Shown here one piece after another: positions 26,022-38,891 of a stretch of 64,000 nt of DNA. Position 1 is the stretch's first letter; each line of letters starts with the position of its first letter. Below the pieces are notes generated by a model. That model was given only the letters and a program-made list of their open reading frames with translations, did no database searches and had not been told where the DNA came from. This DNA comes from Squalus acanthias (lineage: Eukaryota). The translations under genes were made by a program, and so were the position numbers. The stretch is taken from positions 60,142,001 to 60,206,000 of the forward strand of contig CM059438.1 in the NCBI GenBank assembly GCA_030390025.1, in the 5' to 3' direction.

Positions 26022-29000
26022 TTAGTTCCACCTCGTTGACGAGGGGATCACTCTTGGAGGATCGGACGAATCTTCCACGGAGCCAGGAGCTGCCAACGAT
26101 GATGGTAGGGACGTCCCATGAGTGGAGCGACGCTGGAACCCGAAGAATCGTTCGTGAGGAGTAACATTGGTGGATGTAGAAAGAAGAGACCTGATGGAAT
26201 GCAATGCGTCAGGGAGCGTAGTTTCCCACTGCTGGTCTGATAGATTGTGTGACCTCAGTGCAAGACGAACAGCGTTCCAAATGATAGCGTTGTATCTCTC
26301 AATCTGTCCGTTTCCAATAGGATGATACGGTGTCGTTTTACTTGTGGCGATTCCCTGTTGGGAAAGATAACTTTTGAGTTCGCTTGACATGAAGGAGGGA
26401 CCCCGATCAGAGTGGATGAAATTGGCCATACCGCAAAGGGAAAAGACCTGATCGAGGCATTTGATCACTGTGGAAGTAAGCATATTGGGACAGGGGAAAG
26501 CAAAGGGAAAGCGTGAATATTCGTCCACCATAGTAAGCAAGTAGGTGTTTCGCGTTGAGGAAGGCAATGGCCCTTTAAAGTCAATGCTGAGTCGCTGCAT
26601 AGGCTGTGTAGCGTGTATGAGCGAGCCATCCGACGGACGGAAGAATTGCGGTTTTAATTCCACGCAAATTCTACAAGTGGAGCATGTTCTTTTCACGTCT
26701 TCCGTCGAAAATGGGAGATTTTTAGATCGCACAAAGTGCAACATACGGGTAACGCCAAGATGGCATAAGTCAGTATGAAGATCCGCAAGAGTCGAAGTTG
26801 ACGTGGAAAAGCAGAATGCACGCGTGAGGGTATCCAGGGCCACATTCTCCTTGCTGGGTCGATACTGTATGGTGTAGCCAAAGGTGGCCAATTCCATCCT
26901 CCAGAGCTGTATTTTGTTATTCTTGATTTTAGTGCATTTCCGGTTATCCAGCATAAAGGCCACAGAGCGCTGATCGGTTATGAGCGTGAAATGGCGACGA
27001 GCGAGAAAATGACTCCATTTACGTACTGCTTCGATGATAGCCATAGCCTTCTTCTCGACAGGAGGATAATGGAGCTTGCTACCCTGCAAAGTTCTAGACA
27101 GAAATGCAACGGGTCGACCGCCTTGATTCAAGGTAGCCACCTCCGATGCATCGCACTCGACCACGAAAGGGAGATTTTCATCGATGGAATGAAGTGTGGC
27201 TTTTTCCAGTTGTTGCTTGAGGAGGTCGAAAGCTGAAATAGCCCTCGCCTCCAACGGAAATGACTTCGCGTGAAGCAGGGGCTGGATCTTGTCGGAAAAG
27301 TGAGGTATCCACTTCGCATAATAGGCGAACATGCCGAGGGCCCGACGAAGAGAGCTGAGATTCGTAGGAGGAGGGAGCTCCTGAAGCGGATGAAGTCGCT
27401 CCAGATCCAGTTTGATGACACCATTGCCCACCCAGTAGCCAAGGATGTTGACTGATGGTACTGATTTCACAGATTTGGACTCATTTAAGGTTAAGTTGCG
27501 ACGACGGAGAACGTCAAAAAATTTCTGGAGGTTGGCATCTTGCTCCTTCTGGTCATGACCAGCAATGGTGATATTATCCAGATATGGAAAAGTGTCCGTT
27601 AAGTTCTCCTGTTTGACTAGGCTATCCATTGCCCGTTGAAAGGCGGCCACCCCATTGGTGACCCCAAATGGAAGGCGACAAAACTGGTAAAGCCGACCAT
27701 TGGCCTCAAAGGCCGTATACTTGTTGTCAGAGTCCTTTAACGGTACTTGATGTGCGCTCTTTAAGTCAAAAGTTGAAAATACCTTGTAGTTAGCAAGGTT
27801 ATTGACCATGTCATTGATGCGTGGTAGTGGGTAGGCATCCAGGTCGGCATACTGGTTAATTGTTTGCGAGTAATCGATGCAAAGACGTTTCTTGTGTTGC
27901 TTCAGAGGATTTTTAACAACGATGACTTGTGCCCGCCAGGAAGCTGAACATGGCTCAATGATACCGTCAGCTAGAAATCGAGAGATTTCTGCCTCGATAA
28001 AGGATAGGTCATCTTGGCTGAAACGTCGTGATTTAGTGGCTATGGGCTTACATCGGGGGGAAAGATTGGCAAACAAGGAGGGCTCGTCGAGCGAAGCCGC
28101 CGAAAGAGCACAAAACGGTACTTTGGAAATAGTAAGCTCCGGCTTTGATCCTCCAAACTCGAAAGTGAGTCTTTTGTGTTGTTTCTGGAAATCCTGTCCC
28201 AGGAGCACATCACTGCATAGGTTTTTGAGCACCCCGAGCCGGGTAGAGAAATAAGTGCGGCCATTGAGAATAAGGTCGACAAGACAAAAGCCGGAAGAGT
28301 TGGTGGTCAGTGTCGTCAGAGCCATTGCAATTTCCCTGTCCGAGGGGTAAATACGCAGTTTTAACTTACTGACAGCCTGCTCACTGATGAAGCTGTCAGA
28401 GCTGCATGAGTCGATTAATGCACTCAAAATGTGTCCATTTACCGAAACCTTCGTGGCTGCATGGGACAGGCTTTGGGGAGTAACAGCTGTGATGGGAGGA
28501 GGGGCAGTTTTATCCTTGACAGCTGTAACATAAGTAGTGGCTCTTGGGGGAGGAGCAGTTTTATAGATAGCAGCTGTAACCCTAGAAGAGGCTCTTGACT
28601 GACATACTTTCGAGAAGTGGCCTTTCTTACTGCAATGATTGCAGGTTGCATTACGAGCAGGACCAAATTTCCTATAATGAAATGCACCTCCACAGAAGAA
28701 ACACTTCCTTTTAGATTGCCAAGATGCCGCTAGGGTAGGGTCGTCATCAGCTAGGATAGAGTCGTCATCAGTGAGGGCTTCCGCCTGAGGCTTATCGGAG
28801 GAGTCACTAAAAGTGATAGCAGCAGTCCGTGCACGTGGTAAAAGATAGGCATCTGCATTTTTTTTTGCCAAGTCCAGAGAATATGCCTGGTCATAGGCAG
28901 CTTGTAACTCGAGGGTTTTACTCTCCAAGAGACGCTGGCGTATGAAGGGAGACGCAATTCCATTAATAAAAGAATCACGAATTAACTCCTCCTGGTACTG

Positions 29001-29369
29001 CTCAGCTGAGACAGCCTTGAGATTACAATCTTTGCTGAGCCTGCGAAGCTGTTGAAGGAATTTGTCAAGTGATACCCCGGGTTGTTGTCGAGTTGTGGCC
29101 AGTAGATGCCGAGCAAAAATTTTGTTTGGGGCCTTAACATATAGTTGCTGTAGTATTCGGATAGCGGAGTCATAGTTTACACAGTCTTCGATATAGTCAA
29201 ACGCATAAGGGGATACATAATTGGCAAGTATCTCTAACTTATCAGAAACATTCTCACCACACGCCCTGAGGAAGTTGCTGAAGGTACGATACCAGTGTTT
29301 CCATACCTTAGCAGTTGTAGGTGAATTCGGGTCCAGGTCAAGACGGGCGGGTCGGAGTAGTTTCTCCAT
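26022..29369 (-). pseudogene. Gag-Pol polyprotein ORF (1115 aa) with apparently inactivating substitutions
   Basis: Zinc knuckle CNHCSKKGHFSKVC; protease ALIDSCS (DSG expected); RT LPFG...YLDN (YxDD expected); RNase H ECDAS; integrase H..H..CxxC, IDFKG, SDRG, GQIERYN; frameshift near the C-terminus. Confidence 0.9.
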
Positions 29370-29469
29370 GATGGATTGATTACTACATCTGGTTCCCTTC
29401 TACCGTTTGAGTCGTAGCCGTCTGTTCCCAAAACCACTCAGCGCGTGGTGCACGTCCAGTTGATTAAAT

Positions 29470-29697
29470 TGACGTAAGAAAACTACTAGGCACTTGGTCT
29501 GAGCGTGAAACAAATCTTTAATCAACTGTTTTACAACATAGAGGTCTAGTTGTGTCCTTCACTAGTTCCTGTTAAGAATGTCCTGCGCAAGCTGGGCCTG
29601 TACCCGAGTATTTATACTCTCCCTGGACAGCGCCACCCGCAGGCCACTCAGTATTATTTCATAAGTCTTTCTTTCATGAATGACAGATTGATGTCAG
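29470..29697 (-). repeat. Putative 5' LTR (~230 bp)
   Basis: TG...CA termini; TATAAATA at 29616-29609; ATTAAA at 29522-29517. The outer boundary is uncertain by ~20 bp because there is no second LTR for comparison. Confidence 0.7.
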
Positions 29698-32600
29698 TCA
29701 ATGTAGGGGTTCAATCCGGAAATCAGTTCAAGGTGATATCAGTTTTGGGGTACAGTCAGGAAATCAGTTCAAGGTGATATCAGTGTAGGGGTACAGTCAG
29801 GAAATAAGTTGAAGGTGATATCAGTGTAGGTATTGACTAGAAATCTGTTCAAGCTGATATCAGTGTAGGGGTACAGTCTAGAAATCTGTTCAAGGTGATA
29901 TCAATGTAGGGTACAGTCAGAAAATCAGATCATGGTGATATCAGTGTAGGGGTACAGTCAGGAAATCAGTTCAAGGTGATATCAGTGTCGGGGTACAGTC
30001 AGGAAGTCACTTCATGGTGATATTAGTGTAGGGTACAGTCAGAAAATCAGATCATGGTGATATCTGTGTAGAGATACAGTCTGGAAATCAGTTCAAGGTG
30101 ATATCAGTGTAGGGGTTCAATCAGGTAAATCAGTTCAAGGTGATATCAGTTTTGGGGTACAGTCAGGAAATCAGTTCAAGCTGATATCAGTGTAGGGGTA
30201 CAGTCAGGAAATCAGTTGAAGGTGATATCAGTGTAGGGGTACAGTCAGTAAATCAGTTAAAGGTGATATCAGTGTTGGGGTACAGTCAGGAAATCAGTTC
30301 AAGGTGATATCAGTGTAGGGGTACAGTCAGGAAGTCACTTCATGGTGATAATAGTGTAGGGTACCGTCAGAATTCAGGTAAGTAGATCTCAGTCTATGGA
30401 TACAGTCAGGAAATCAGTTCAAGGTGATAGCAGTGCAGGGATACAGTCAGGAAATCAGTTCATGGTGATATCAGTTTTGGGTACAGTCAGGAGATCAGGT
30501 CAAGGTGATATTAGTGTAGGTATTGTCTAGAAATCTGTTCAAGCTGATATCTGTGCAGGGGTACAGTCATGAAATCTGTTCAAGGTGATATCTGTGCAGG
30601 GGTACAGTCAGGAAATCAGTTCAAGGTGATATTAGGTTAGGGGACAGTCAGGAAATCAGTTCAAGGTGATATCAGTGTCGGGGTACAGTCAGGAAATCAG
30701 TTCAAGGTGATATCAGTGTAGGGGTACAGTCAGGAAATCAGTTCAAGGTGATATCAGTGTCGGGGTACAGTCAGGAAGTCACTTCATGGTGATATTAGTG
30801 TAGGGTACCGTCAGAAATCAGGTAAGTAGATCTCAGTCTATGGATACAGTCAGGAAATCAGTTCAAGGTGATATCAGTGCAGGGATACAGTCAGGAATTC
30901 AGTTCATGGTGATATCAGTGTAGGGTACAGTCAGGAATTCAGTTCAAGGTTATATGAGGTTAGGGTATAGTCAGGAAACCAGTTCAAGGTGATATCTGTT
31001 TAGGTACAGTCAGGAAATCAGGTCAAGGGGAAATCAGTGTTGGGAACAGTCAGGAAATCAGGTAAGGTGATATCTGTGTAGAGATACAGTCTGGAAATCA
31101 GTTCAAGGTGATATCAGTGTAGGGGTTCAATCAGGTAAATCAGTTCAAGGTGATATCAGTTTTGGGGTACAGTCAGGAAATCAGTTCAAGCAGATATCAG
31201 TGTAGGGGTACAGTCAGGAAATCAGTTGAAGGTGATATCAGTGTAGGGGTACAGTCAGTAAATCAGTTAAAGGTGATATCAGTGTTGGGGTACAGTCAGG
31301 AAATCAGTTCAAGGTGATATCAGTGTAGGGGTACAGTCAGGAAGTCACTTGATGGTGATAATAGTGTAGGGTACCGTCAGAATTCAGGTAAGTAGATCTC
31401 AGTCTATGGATACAGTCAGGAAATCAGTTCAAGGTGATAGCAGTGCAGGGATACAGTCAGGAAATCAGTTCATGGTGATATCAGTTTTGGGTACAGTCAG
31501 GAGATCAGGTCAAGGTGATATTAGTGTAGGTATTGTCTAGAAATCTGTTCAAGCTGATATCTGTGCAGGGGTACAGTCATGAAATCTGTTCAAGGTGATA
31601 TCTGTGCAGGGGTAAAGTCAGGAAATCAGTTCAAGGTGATATTAGGTTAGGGGACAGTCAGGAAATCAGTTCAAGGTGATATCAGTGTCGGGGTACAGTC
31701 AGGAAATCAGTTCAAGGTGATATCAGTGTAGGGGTACAGTCAGGAAATCAGTTCAAGGTGATATCAGTGTCGGGGTAGTCAGGAAATCAGTTCAAGGTGA
31801 TATCAGTGTAGGGGTACAGTCAGGAAATCAGTTCAAGGTGATATCAGTGTAGGGGTACAGTCAGGAAATTAGTTCAAGCTGATATCAGAATCGGGGTACA
31901 GTCAGGAAGTCACTTCATGGTGATATTACTGTAGGGTACCGTCAGAAATCAGGTAAGTAGATCTCAGTCTATGGATACAGTCAGGAAATCAGTTCAAGGT
32001 GATATCAGTGCAGGGATACAGTCAGGAATTCTGTTCATGGTGATATCATTGTAGGGTACAGTCAGGAATTCAGTTCAAGCTGATATCAGTGTAGGTATTG
32101 GCTAGAAATCTGTTCAAGCTGATATCAGTGTAGGGGTACAGTCAGAAAATCAGATCATGGTGATATCAGTGTAGGGGTACAGTCAGAAAAGCAGTTCAAG
32201 ATGATATCAGTGTAGGGTACAGTCAGGAAGTCACTTCATGGTGATATTAGTGTAGGGTACCGTCAGAAATCAAGTAAGTAGATTTCAGTCTATGGATACA
32301 GTCAGGAAATCAGTTCAAGGTGATATCAGTGCAGGGATACAGTCAGGAAATCAGGTCAAGGTGTAATCAGTGTAGGGGTACAGTCAGGAAATGAGTTCAA
32401 GGTGATATTAGGTATGGGGACAGTCAGGAAAGCAGTTCAATGTGATATCAGTGGCGGGGTACAGTCATGAAATCAGTTCAAGGTGATATCAGTGTAGGGG
32501 TACAGTCAGAAAATCAGTTCAAGGTGATATCAGTGTAGGGTACAGTCAGGAAATCAGTTCAAGGTGTTATCAGTGTAGGGGTACAGTCAGGAAATCAGTT

Positions 32601-35294
32601 CAAGGTGATATCAGTGTAGGGTTCAGTCAAGAAATCAGTTCAAGGTGATATCAGTGTAGGGTACAGTCAGGAAATCAGTTCAAGGTGATCTCGCTGTCGG
32701 GGTACAGTCAGGAAATCAGTTCAAGTTGATATTAGGTTAGGGGACAGTCAGGAAATCAGTTCAAGGTGATATCAGTGTCGGGGTACAGTCAGGAAATCAG
32801 TTCAAGGTGATATCAGTGTAGGGGTACAGTCAGGAAATCAGTTCAAGGTGATATCAGTGTCGGCGTACAGTCAGGAAATCAGGGCAAGGTGATATCAGTG
32901 TAGGGTACAGTCAGGAAATCATTTCAAGATGATATCAGTGTCGGCTACAGTCAGGAAATCACTTCATGATGATAACAGTGTAGGGATACAGTCAGATAAT
33001 CAGTTCAAGGTGATATCAGTGTCGGGGTACAATCAGTAAATCAGTTCAGAGTGATATCAGGGTAGAGATACAGTCAGGAAATCAGTTCAAGATTGTATGA
33101 GTGTAGGGGTACAGTCAGGAATTTATTTCAAGGTGATATCAGTTGGGGGTACAGTCAGGAAGTCAGTTCAGGGTGATATCAGTTTAGGGTACAGTCAGTA
33201 AACCAGTTCAAGGTGATATCAGTGTAGGTATTGGCTAGAAATCTGTTCAAGCTGATATCAGTGTAGAGGTACAGTCAGAAAATCAGTTCAAGGTGATATC
33301 AGTGTAGGGGTACAGTCAGGAAGTCACTTCATGGTGATATTAGTGTAGGGTACCGTCAGAAATCAGGTAAGTAGATTTCAGTCTATGGATACAGTCAGGA
33401 AATCAGTTCATGGTGATATCAGTTTAGGGTACAGTCAGGAAATCAGGTCAAGGTGATATCAGTGTAGGTATTGTCTAGAAATCTGTTCAAGCTGATATCA
33501 GTGCAGGGGTACAGTCAGGAAACCAGTTCAATGTGATATCAGTGTAGGGGTACAGTCAGTAAATCAGTTCAAGGTGATATCAGTGTAGGGTACCGTCAGG
33601 AAATCAGTTCAAGGTGATATCAGTGTAGGGGTACAGTCAGGAAATCAGTTCAAGGTGATATCAGTGTAGGGTACAGTCAGGAAATCAGTTCAAGGTGATA
33701 TCAGTGTAGGGGTACAGTCAGGAAATCAGTTGAAGGTGATATCAGTGTAGGGTACAGTCAGGAAATCAGTTCAAGGTGATATCAGTGTAGGGGTACAGTC
33801 AGGAAATCAGTTCAAGGTGATATCAGTGTAGGGTACAGTCAGGAAATTAGTTCAAGGTGATATCAGTGTCGGGGTACAGTCAGGAAATCAGTTCAAGCTG
33901 ATATCAGTGTAGGGTACAGTCAGGAAATCAGTTCAAGGTGATGTCGCTGTCAGGGTACAGTCAGGAAATCAGTTCAAGGTGATGTCGCTGTCGGGGTACA
34001 GTCAGGAAATCAGTTCAAGGTGATATTAGGTTAGGGGACTGTCAGGAAATCAATTCAAGGTGACATCAGTGTCGGGGTACAGTCAGGAAATCAGTTCAAG
34101 GTGATATCAGTGTCGGGGTACATTCAGGAAATCAGGGCAAGGTGATATCAGTGTAGGGTACAGTCAGGAAATCAGTTCAAGGTGATATCAGTGTCGGGGT
34201 ACAGTCAGGAAATCAGTTCAAGGTGATATCAGTGTCGGCGTACAGTCAGGAAATCAGGGCAAGGTGATATCAGTGTAGGGTACAGTCAGGAAATCAGGGC
34301 AAGGTGATATCAGTGTAGGGTACAGTCAGGAAATCATTTCAAGATGATATCAGTGTCGGCTACAGTCAGGAAATCACTTCATGATGATAACAGTGTAGGG
34401 ATACAGTCAGATAATCAGTTCAAGGTGATATCAGTGTCGGGGTACAATCAGGAAATCAGTTCAGAGTGATATCAGGGTAGAGATACAGTCAGGAAATCAG
34501 TTCAAGATTGTATCAGTGTAGGGGTACAGTCAGGAATTTATTTCAAGGTGATATCAGTGTAGGGTACAGTCAGGAAATCAGTTCAAGGTGATATCAGTGT
34601 AGGGTACAGTCAGGAAATCAGTTCAAGGTGATATCAGTGTAGGTGTACAGTCAGGAATTTGTTTCAAGGTGATATCAGTGTAGGGTACAGTCAGGAAGTC
34701 AGTTCAGGGTGATATCAGTTTAGGGTACAGTCAGGAAATCAGTTCAAGGTGATATTAGGTTCGGGGACAGTCAGGAAATCAGTTCAAGGTGATGTCAGAT
34801 AGAAGTATAGTCAGGAAACCAGTTCAAAGTGATATCAGTTTAGGTTTACAGTCAGGAAATCTGTTCAAGGTGATATCAGTGTGGGGGTACAGTCAGGAAA
34901 TCGGTTCAAGGTGATATCAGGTTCGGGTACAGTCAGGAAATCAGTTCAAGGTGATATCAGTGTAGGGGTACAGTCAGGAAAACTGTTCAAGCTGATATCA
35001 ATGTAGGTACAGTCTGGAAATCAGTTCAAGGTGATATCAGTGTTGGGGAACTGTCAGGAAATCTGTTCAAATACAGGGATGAATCTTAAGGGAGGGCTGA
35101 AGAAATAACAGAATTTTAGAGATTACAAATGAGAAAGCTGAAAGAAGACAATCTGATCTGGATGGATTGCACACTGGGATAAGAAAAATTAGGGTATTGA
35201 AGTCAGTCACATGCTGGCAGCTATTGTTAAGTCACTCTTTGGAAATAGGAATAGTGGCTGAGGATTGAAGAAGGCCAAAGTACTTCCAATTTAT

Positions 35295-35745
35295 AAAATA
35301 AGAACTTGCATTTATAAAGCGCCTTTCACCACCTCAGGTCATCCCGAAACGTTTCACAGTTAATTCAGTATTTTTGAACATTAGTCACTGTTGTAATGTA
35401 GGGAAATGCAGCAGCCAATTTGTACACAGCAAGCAATGTGATAAATGACCAGATAATCCATTTTTTAGCAGTGTGGGTTGAGAGATAAATGTTGGTCAGG
35501 ACACCAGGAGAACTTCCCAGCTCTTCTTTGAAATAGTGCTATGGGATCTTCTACATCCACCTGAGAGGGCAGACGGAGCCTCGGTTTAATGTCTCGTCCG
35601 AAAGATGGCATCTCCGACAGTGCCGCACTCCCTCAGTACTGCACTGGGAGTGTCAGCCTAGGTTATTATGGGCTCAAGTCTGAAGTGGGGATTGAACACA
35701 TGACGTTCTGACTCAGAGACAGGAATGCTCCCAGCTGAGCCACAG
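35295..35745 (-). mobile_element. tRNA-derived DeuSINE (SacSINE1-like)
   Basis: Minus-strand head GTGGCTCAGCTGG...GTTCAATCCC (A/B boxes); Deu-domain-like core GCACTGTCGGAGATGCCATCTTTCGGACGAGAC; tail GCGCTTTATAAATGCAAGTT. Family recognised from memory, not from a search. Confidence 0.8.
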
Positions 35746-36544
35746 GATAAAGGTAAAGGGAACTGAGAGGTAGTGAGCATGACCATCTGTAGTAGGAAAA
35801 CACTAGAGGGCATCCTGAAATGGGAAGCATCTGGAGAAATCAGGATGAATCAGAGGAAAGTGTTGAATATTCTAAAGGGTAAAGGTCAACTGAGCCCTGA
35901 TGAATTGTCGGGCACAGCCACAGACTCTGACCAGAGGCAAGGATTCAGACTAAGGAAGGGTGGGTGATCGGACAGCTCAGACTTGCTGGTATGGAAGGTG
36001 AATGCCAGCACAGACTGGTCAGGCCAAATGGCCTCTTTCCATCTTGTAATTTCTGTGTATATCTACGTACTTAACAGCTTCAGACAGAGTGAATGTGGGG
36101 AACAGGCTGCCCAGGGAGACAGCGCAGGCAAACTGCTGCTTCCTTATTTGTAATCTCTAAACTTCTGTCTATTTAATACCTCATCCCGCCCGACTGTCCT
36201 GGGAAGGGGAGACACTGATTCCTCTGAACACTGACACAAGCAAGTCACTTTCCATAGTTTTTTGGCGACCCTGGGGAATTGCAGGTGTGAGGCATTTAGA
36301 ATTTGGGATTGGCCAAATGGACTGGACATTGTCACGTTTCTCCATTCAGGAAATGAACAAACTCAGCACATTATTGTAAATGTCTAACATTGCAGTAAAT
36401 GCTGCACTAGTCCAACGAGTAAGGATGGTGGAGCTGTGTAAACAGCACCAAATACTGTCTGGCTGCGTTATAGCAATGTGAACTCTAGGGGGTGCCTGAA
36501 ACCACCGTCAGAATTAATCACAGAAGGAATTGAGAAACACCAAC

Positions 36545-37163
36545 TCTTTCATGCATTTGTTTTTATTCATTTTTTATATGCTTTGCAAAACAAGCTGAGT
36601 TTGTGTTAAGCGTACAGGCACTAGCAGCAAGGGAGGGGCTGTGAGGCACTGATTCCATCAGTGATATGAGTTTCATTCACGACACTCTGAAATATTACAG
36701 CATCAATATGTCATCAGTCACTGGTTCAAACGGTGCCTCTGTTTAAACTAAAGTCTAATTGGGGCCAGTTATTATTGGATCGAACCAGCAGTATTCTCCA
36801 GGGCTCCGACCAGTGCCCACTATGAACGTGCTACACTGATTTGTTTGATGTTTTCAGGCACTTGTTGGATGGCCTGAGCTGTAATTTAAAGTGTTAGTTG
36901 CTGTTTCCAATTGTAATCAGTGGGTTTTGTGCCATTTTCACATGTTTGTACTTTCAGAGTGAGCTGATGGAATTCAGAGACTCAGAGTCACACTGACCCT
37001 CACAAGCAAATATTCCGAAATCAGCAGCAGTGATTTCAGCTCATTAAATTATAATCAGCAATTTCTTCATTTCAGCACATGGAGGCGAATAGCCAGAGTT
37101 GTAGTTCGATGTCCATCCTTCATTAAATGGTCCTTCGCTCCATGGAGGATGAGATCAATCAAC
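36545..37163 (-). other. Probable non-coding terminal (3'UTR) exon of the peptide gene
   Basis: Acceptor ttatgttctatctgctgcag|G at 37163; apparently non-repetitive sequence; AATAAA at 36567-36562 followed by a GT-rich tract. The 3' end is approximate. Confidence 0.55.
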
Positions 37164-37314
37164 CTGCAGCAGATAGAACATAAACTAGTCATTCTTCTCA
37201 TTGAATTCCCTTGTTCAGTATTACACCTACACCCGGTAACCACAGGCCAGTCAGCCGAACGTTGGAGGTGGGGAAATTCTGGACAACACAATCCGGGACA
37301 AAATGAATTGTCAC

Positions 37315-38750
37315 TTGGAAAAACATGGGTTCATAAATGACAGGCATCATGGATTTGTTAAAGGCAAATCGTGTCTGACAAACTTGATTGAGTTATTTGA
37401 TGAAACCTGTCCTCATAATTTAGCCCAGGTATCGTTCTGGTGAGTCTGCGCTGCATCCCCTCCAAGGCCAATATATCCTTCCTGAGGGGCCGTGCCCTGA
37501 ACTGAATGCAGTGTCCAGATAGGGTCTGACCAGAGATTTATGGAACTGGAACATAACTTCCACCCCTTTGTATTCCAGCCCTCTTGAGATAAAGGCCAAC
37601 ATTGCATTAACTTTTTAATCATTTTTTGTACCTGACCACCAGCTTTTAGTGATTTCTGTACCTGGACCCCTAAATCTCTCTGCTCCTCCATAGTTCCTAA
37701 CTTCACACCATTTAGAAAATAATCTGATCTATCTTTCTGAGGTCCAAAGTGGATGACCTCACGTTTCCCCAGATTGAACTCTATCTGCCACAGTTTTGTC
37801 CATACACTGAATCTATCAATGTCCCTTTACATCTTTCTGCTCCCAGTTACACTACTTAACATGCCTCCTAACTTGGTGTCGTTGGCAAACTTGGATATAC
37901 GGCTCTCTCCCGAATATATCCAGAACGTCTCATCGTAATTATCCTTCACCTGCAACACACAGGCTCTCCACCTGGATCTCAGGGTTAAATCACTGGCGGC
38001 CCCTTATACAAGGCAGCACCATGCACATTCTGGCTGCTTCACTCATTAACTGGCCTCTAGTTACCTGGTTTATCTCTTGACCCTTTTTAGAACAGGGTTG
38101 TAACATTTGCAATCCTCCAGTCCTCTGGCACCACCCCAGATCCAAGGAGGATTGAAAGATCGTGACCAGAGCCTCTGCTATTTCCACCCTTACATCCCTC
38201 AGCAACCGAGTGACTTTTCTACTTTTGAGTACTGCCAATCTAAGTAACTTCTCTTTATCTATTTTTATCTGATCCGATTTCTCTACCCCCTCCTCCTTGA
38301 CTGTAATATTGGCAGCATCCTCTTCTTTAGTGAAGACAGATGCAATGTATTCATTCAGTACCTCAGCCATGCTCCGCCTCCACAACAAGATCTTCTTTTA
38401 GGTCCTTAATCGGCCCCACCTTTCCTTTGACTATCCTTTTACTCTTTATATGTTTATAAAAGATTTTACAGTTCCCTTTTATCTTACCCGCTAATTTTTC
38501 AAATACATTCGCTTTGCCCTTCTTATTTCCTTTTTCACTTCTCTGCACTCTCTGTATTCAGCTTGACTCTCTACCGTATTATTAACCTGACATTTTTCAT
38601 AAGCCTCCTAGTTTTGTTTTATTTCTATCTCAAATTCTTTAGTCACCCAGGGAGCTCTAGCTTTGGATGCCCTTTCTTTCCCCCTCAAAGGAATGTGTCT
38701 GGTCTGTACCTGAACTACCTCCTCCTTGAAGCCTCCCGTTGCTGATCTAT
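37315..38750 (-). mobile_element. Cluster of degenerate CR1 LINE fragments, mostly minus strand, with a short plus-strand piece at ~37320-37405
   Basis: Translations MLAFISRGLEYK, QRDLGVQV, AEVLNEYIASVFTKE, IFQSSLD. Confidence 0.85.
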
Positions 38751-38891
38751 TGCTTCCGAAAAAGAAAAGCAATTTCTATAAGGTAATAATTAGACAGCCG
38801 TGCTTAAGCTCGGCAGTCTGCTTCTCTGCGATTCGCAGCACAGCACAGTTCAGCTCAGAGTCAAGAGGAGCTGGGAATGACTTCTACTTAC

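Larger units (their letters stand above)
25947..29697 (-). mobile_element. Gypsy/Ty3 LTR retrotransposon (probably Mag-like), 5' LTR retained, 3' end and 3' LTR missing
   Basis: Single gag-pol ORF in PR-RT-RH-INT order; LTR-like segment 29470 to ~29697 with TGAC...GTCA ends; sequence stops within the integrase C-terminus. Confidence 0.93.
25859..35070 (+). repeat. Satellite B, 40/41-bp monomer GGGGTACAGTCAGGAAATCAGTTCAAGGTGATATCAGTGTA, interrupted by a Gypsy element (~25947-29697)
   Basis: Direct periodicity; about 2 monomers left of the Gypsy element and ~5.4 kb to its right. Confidence 0.97.

Noticed and set aside
35690..35745. tRNA gene
   Set aside because: The A/B-box-like sequence is the decayed head of the SINE, with no intact cloverleaf.
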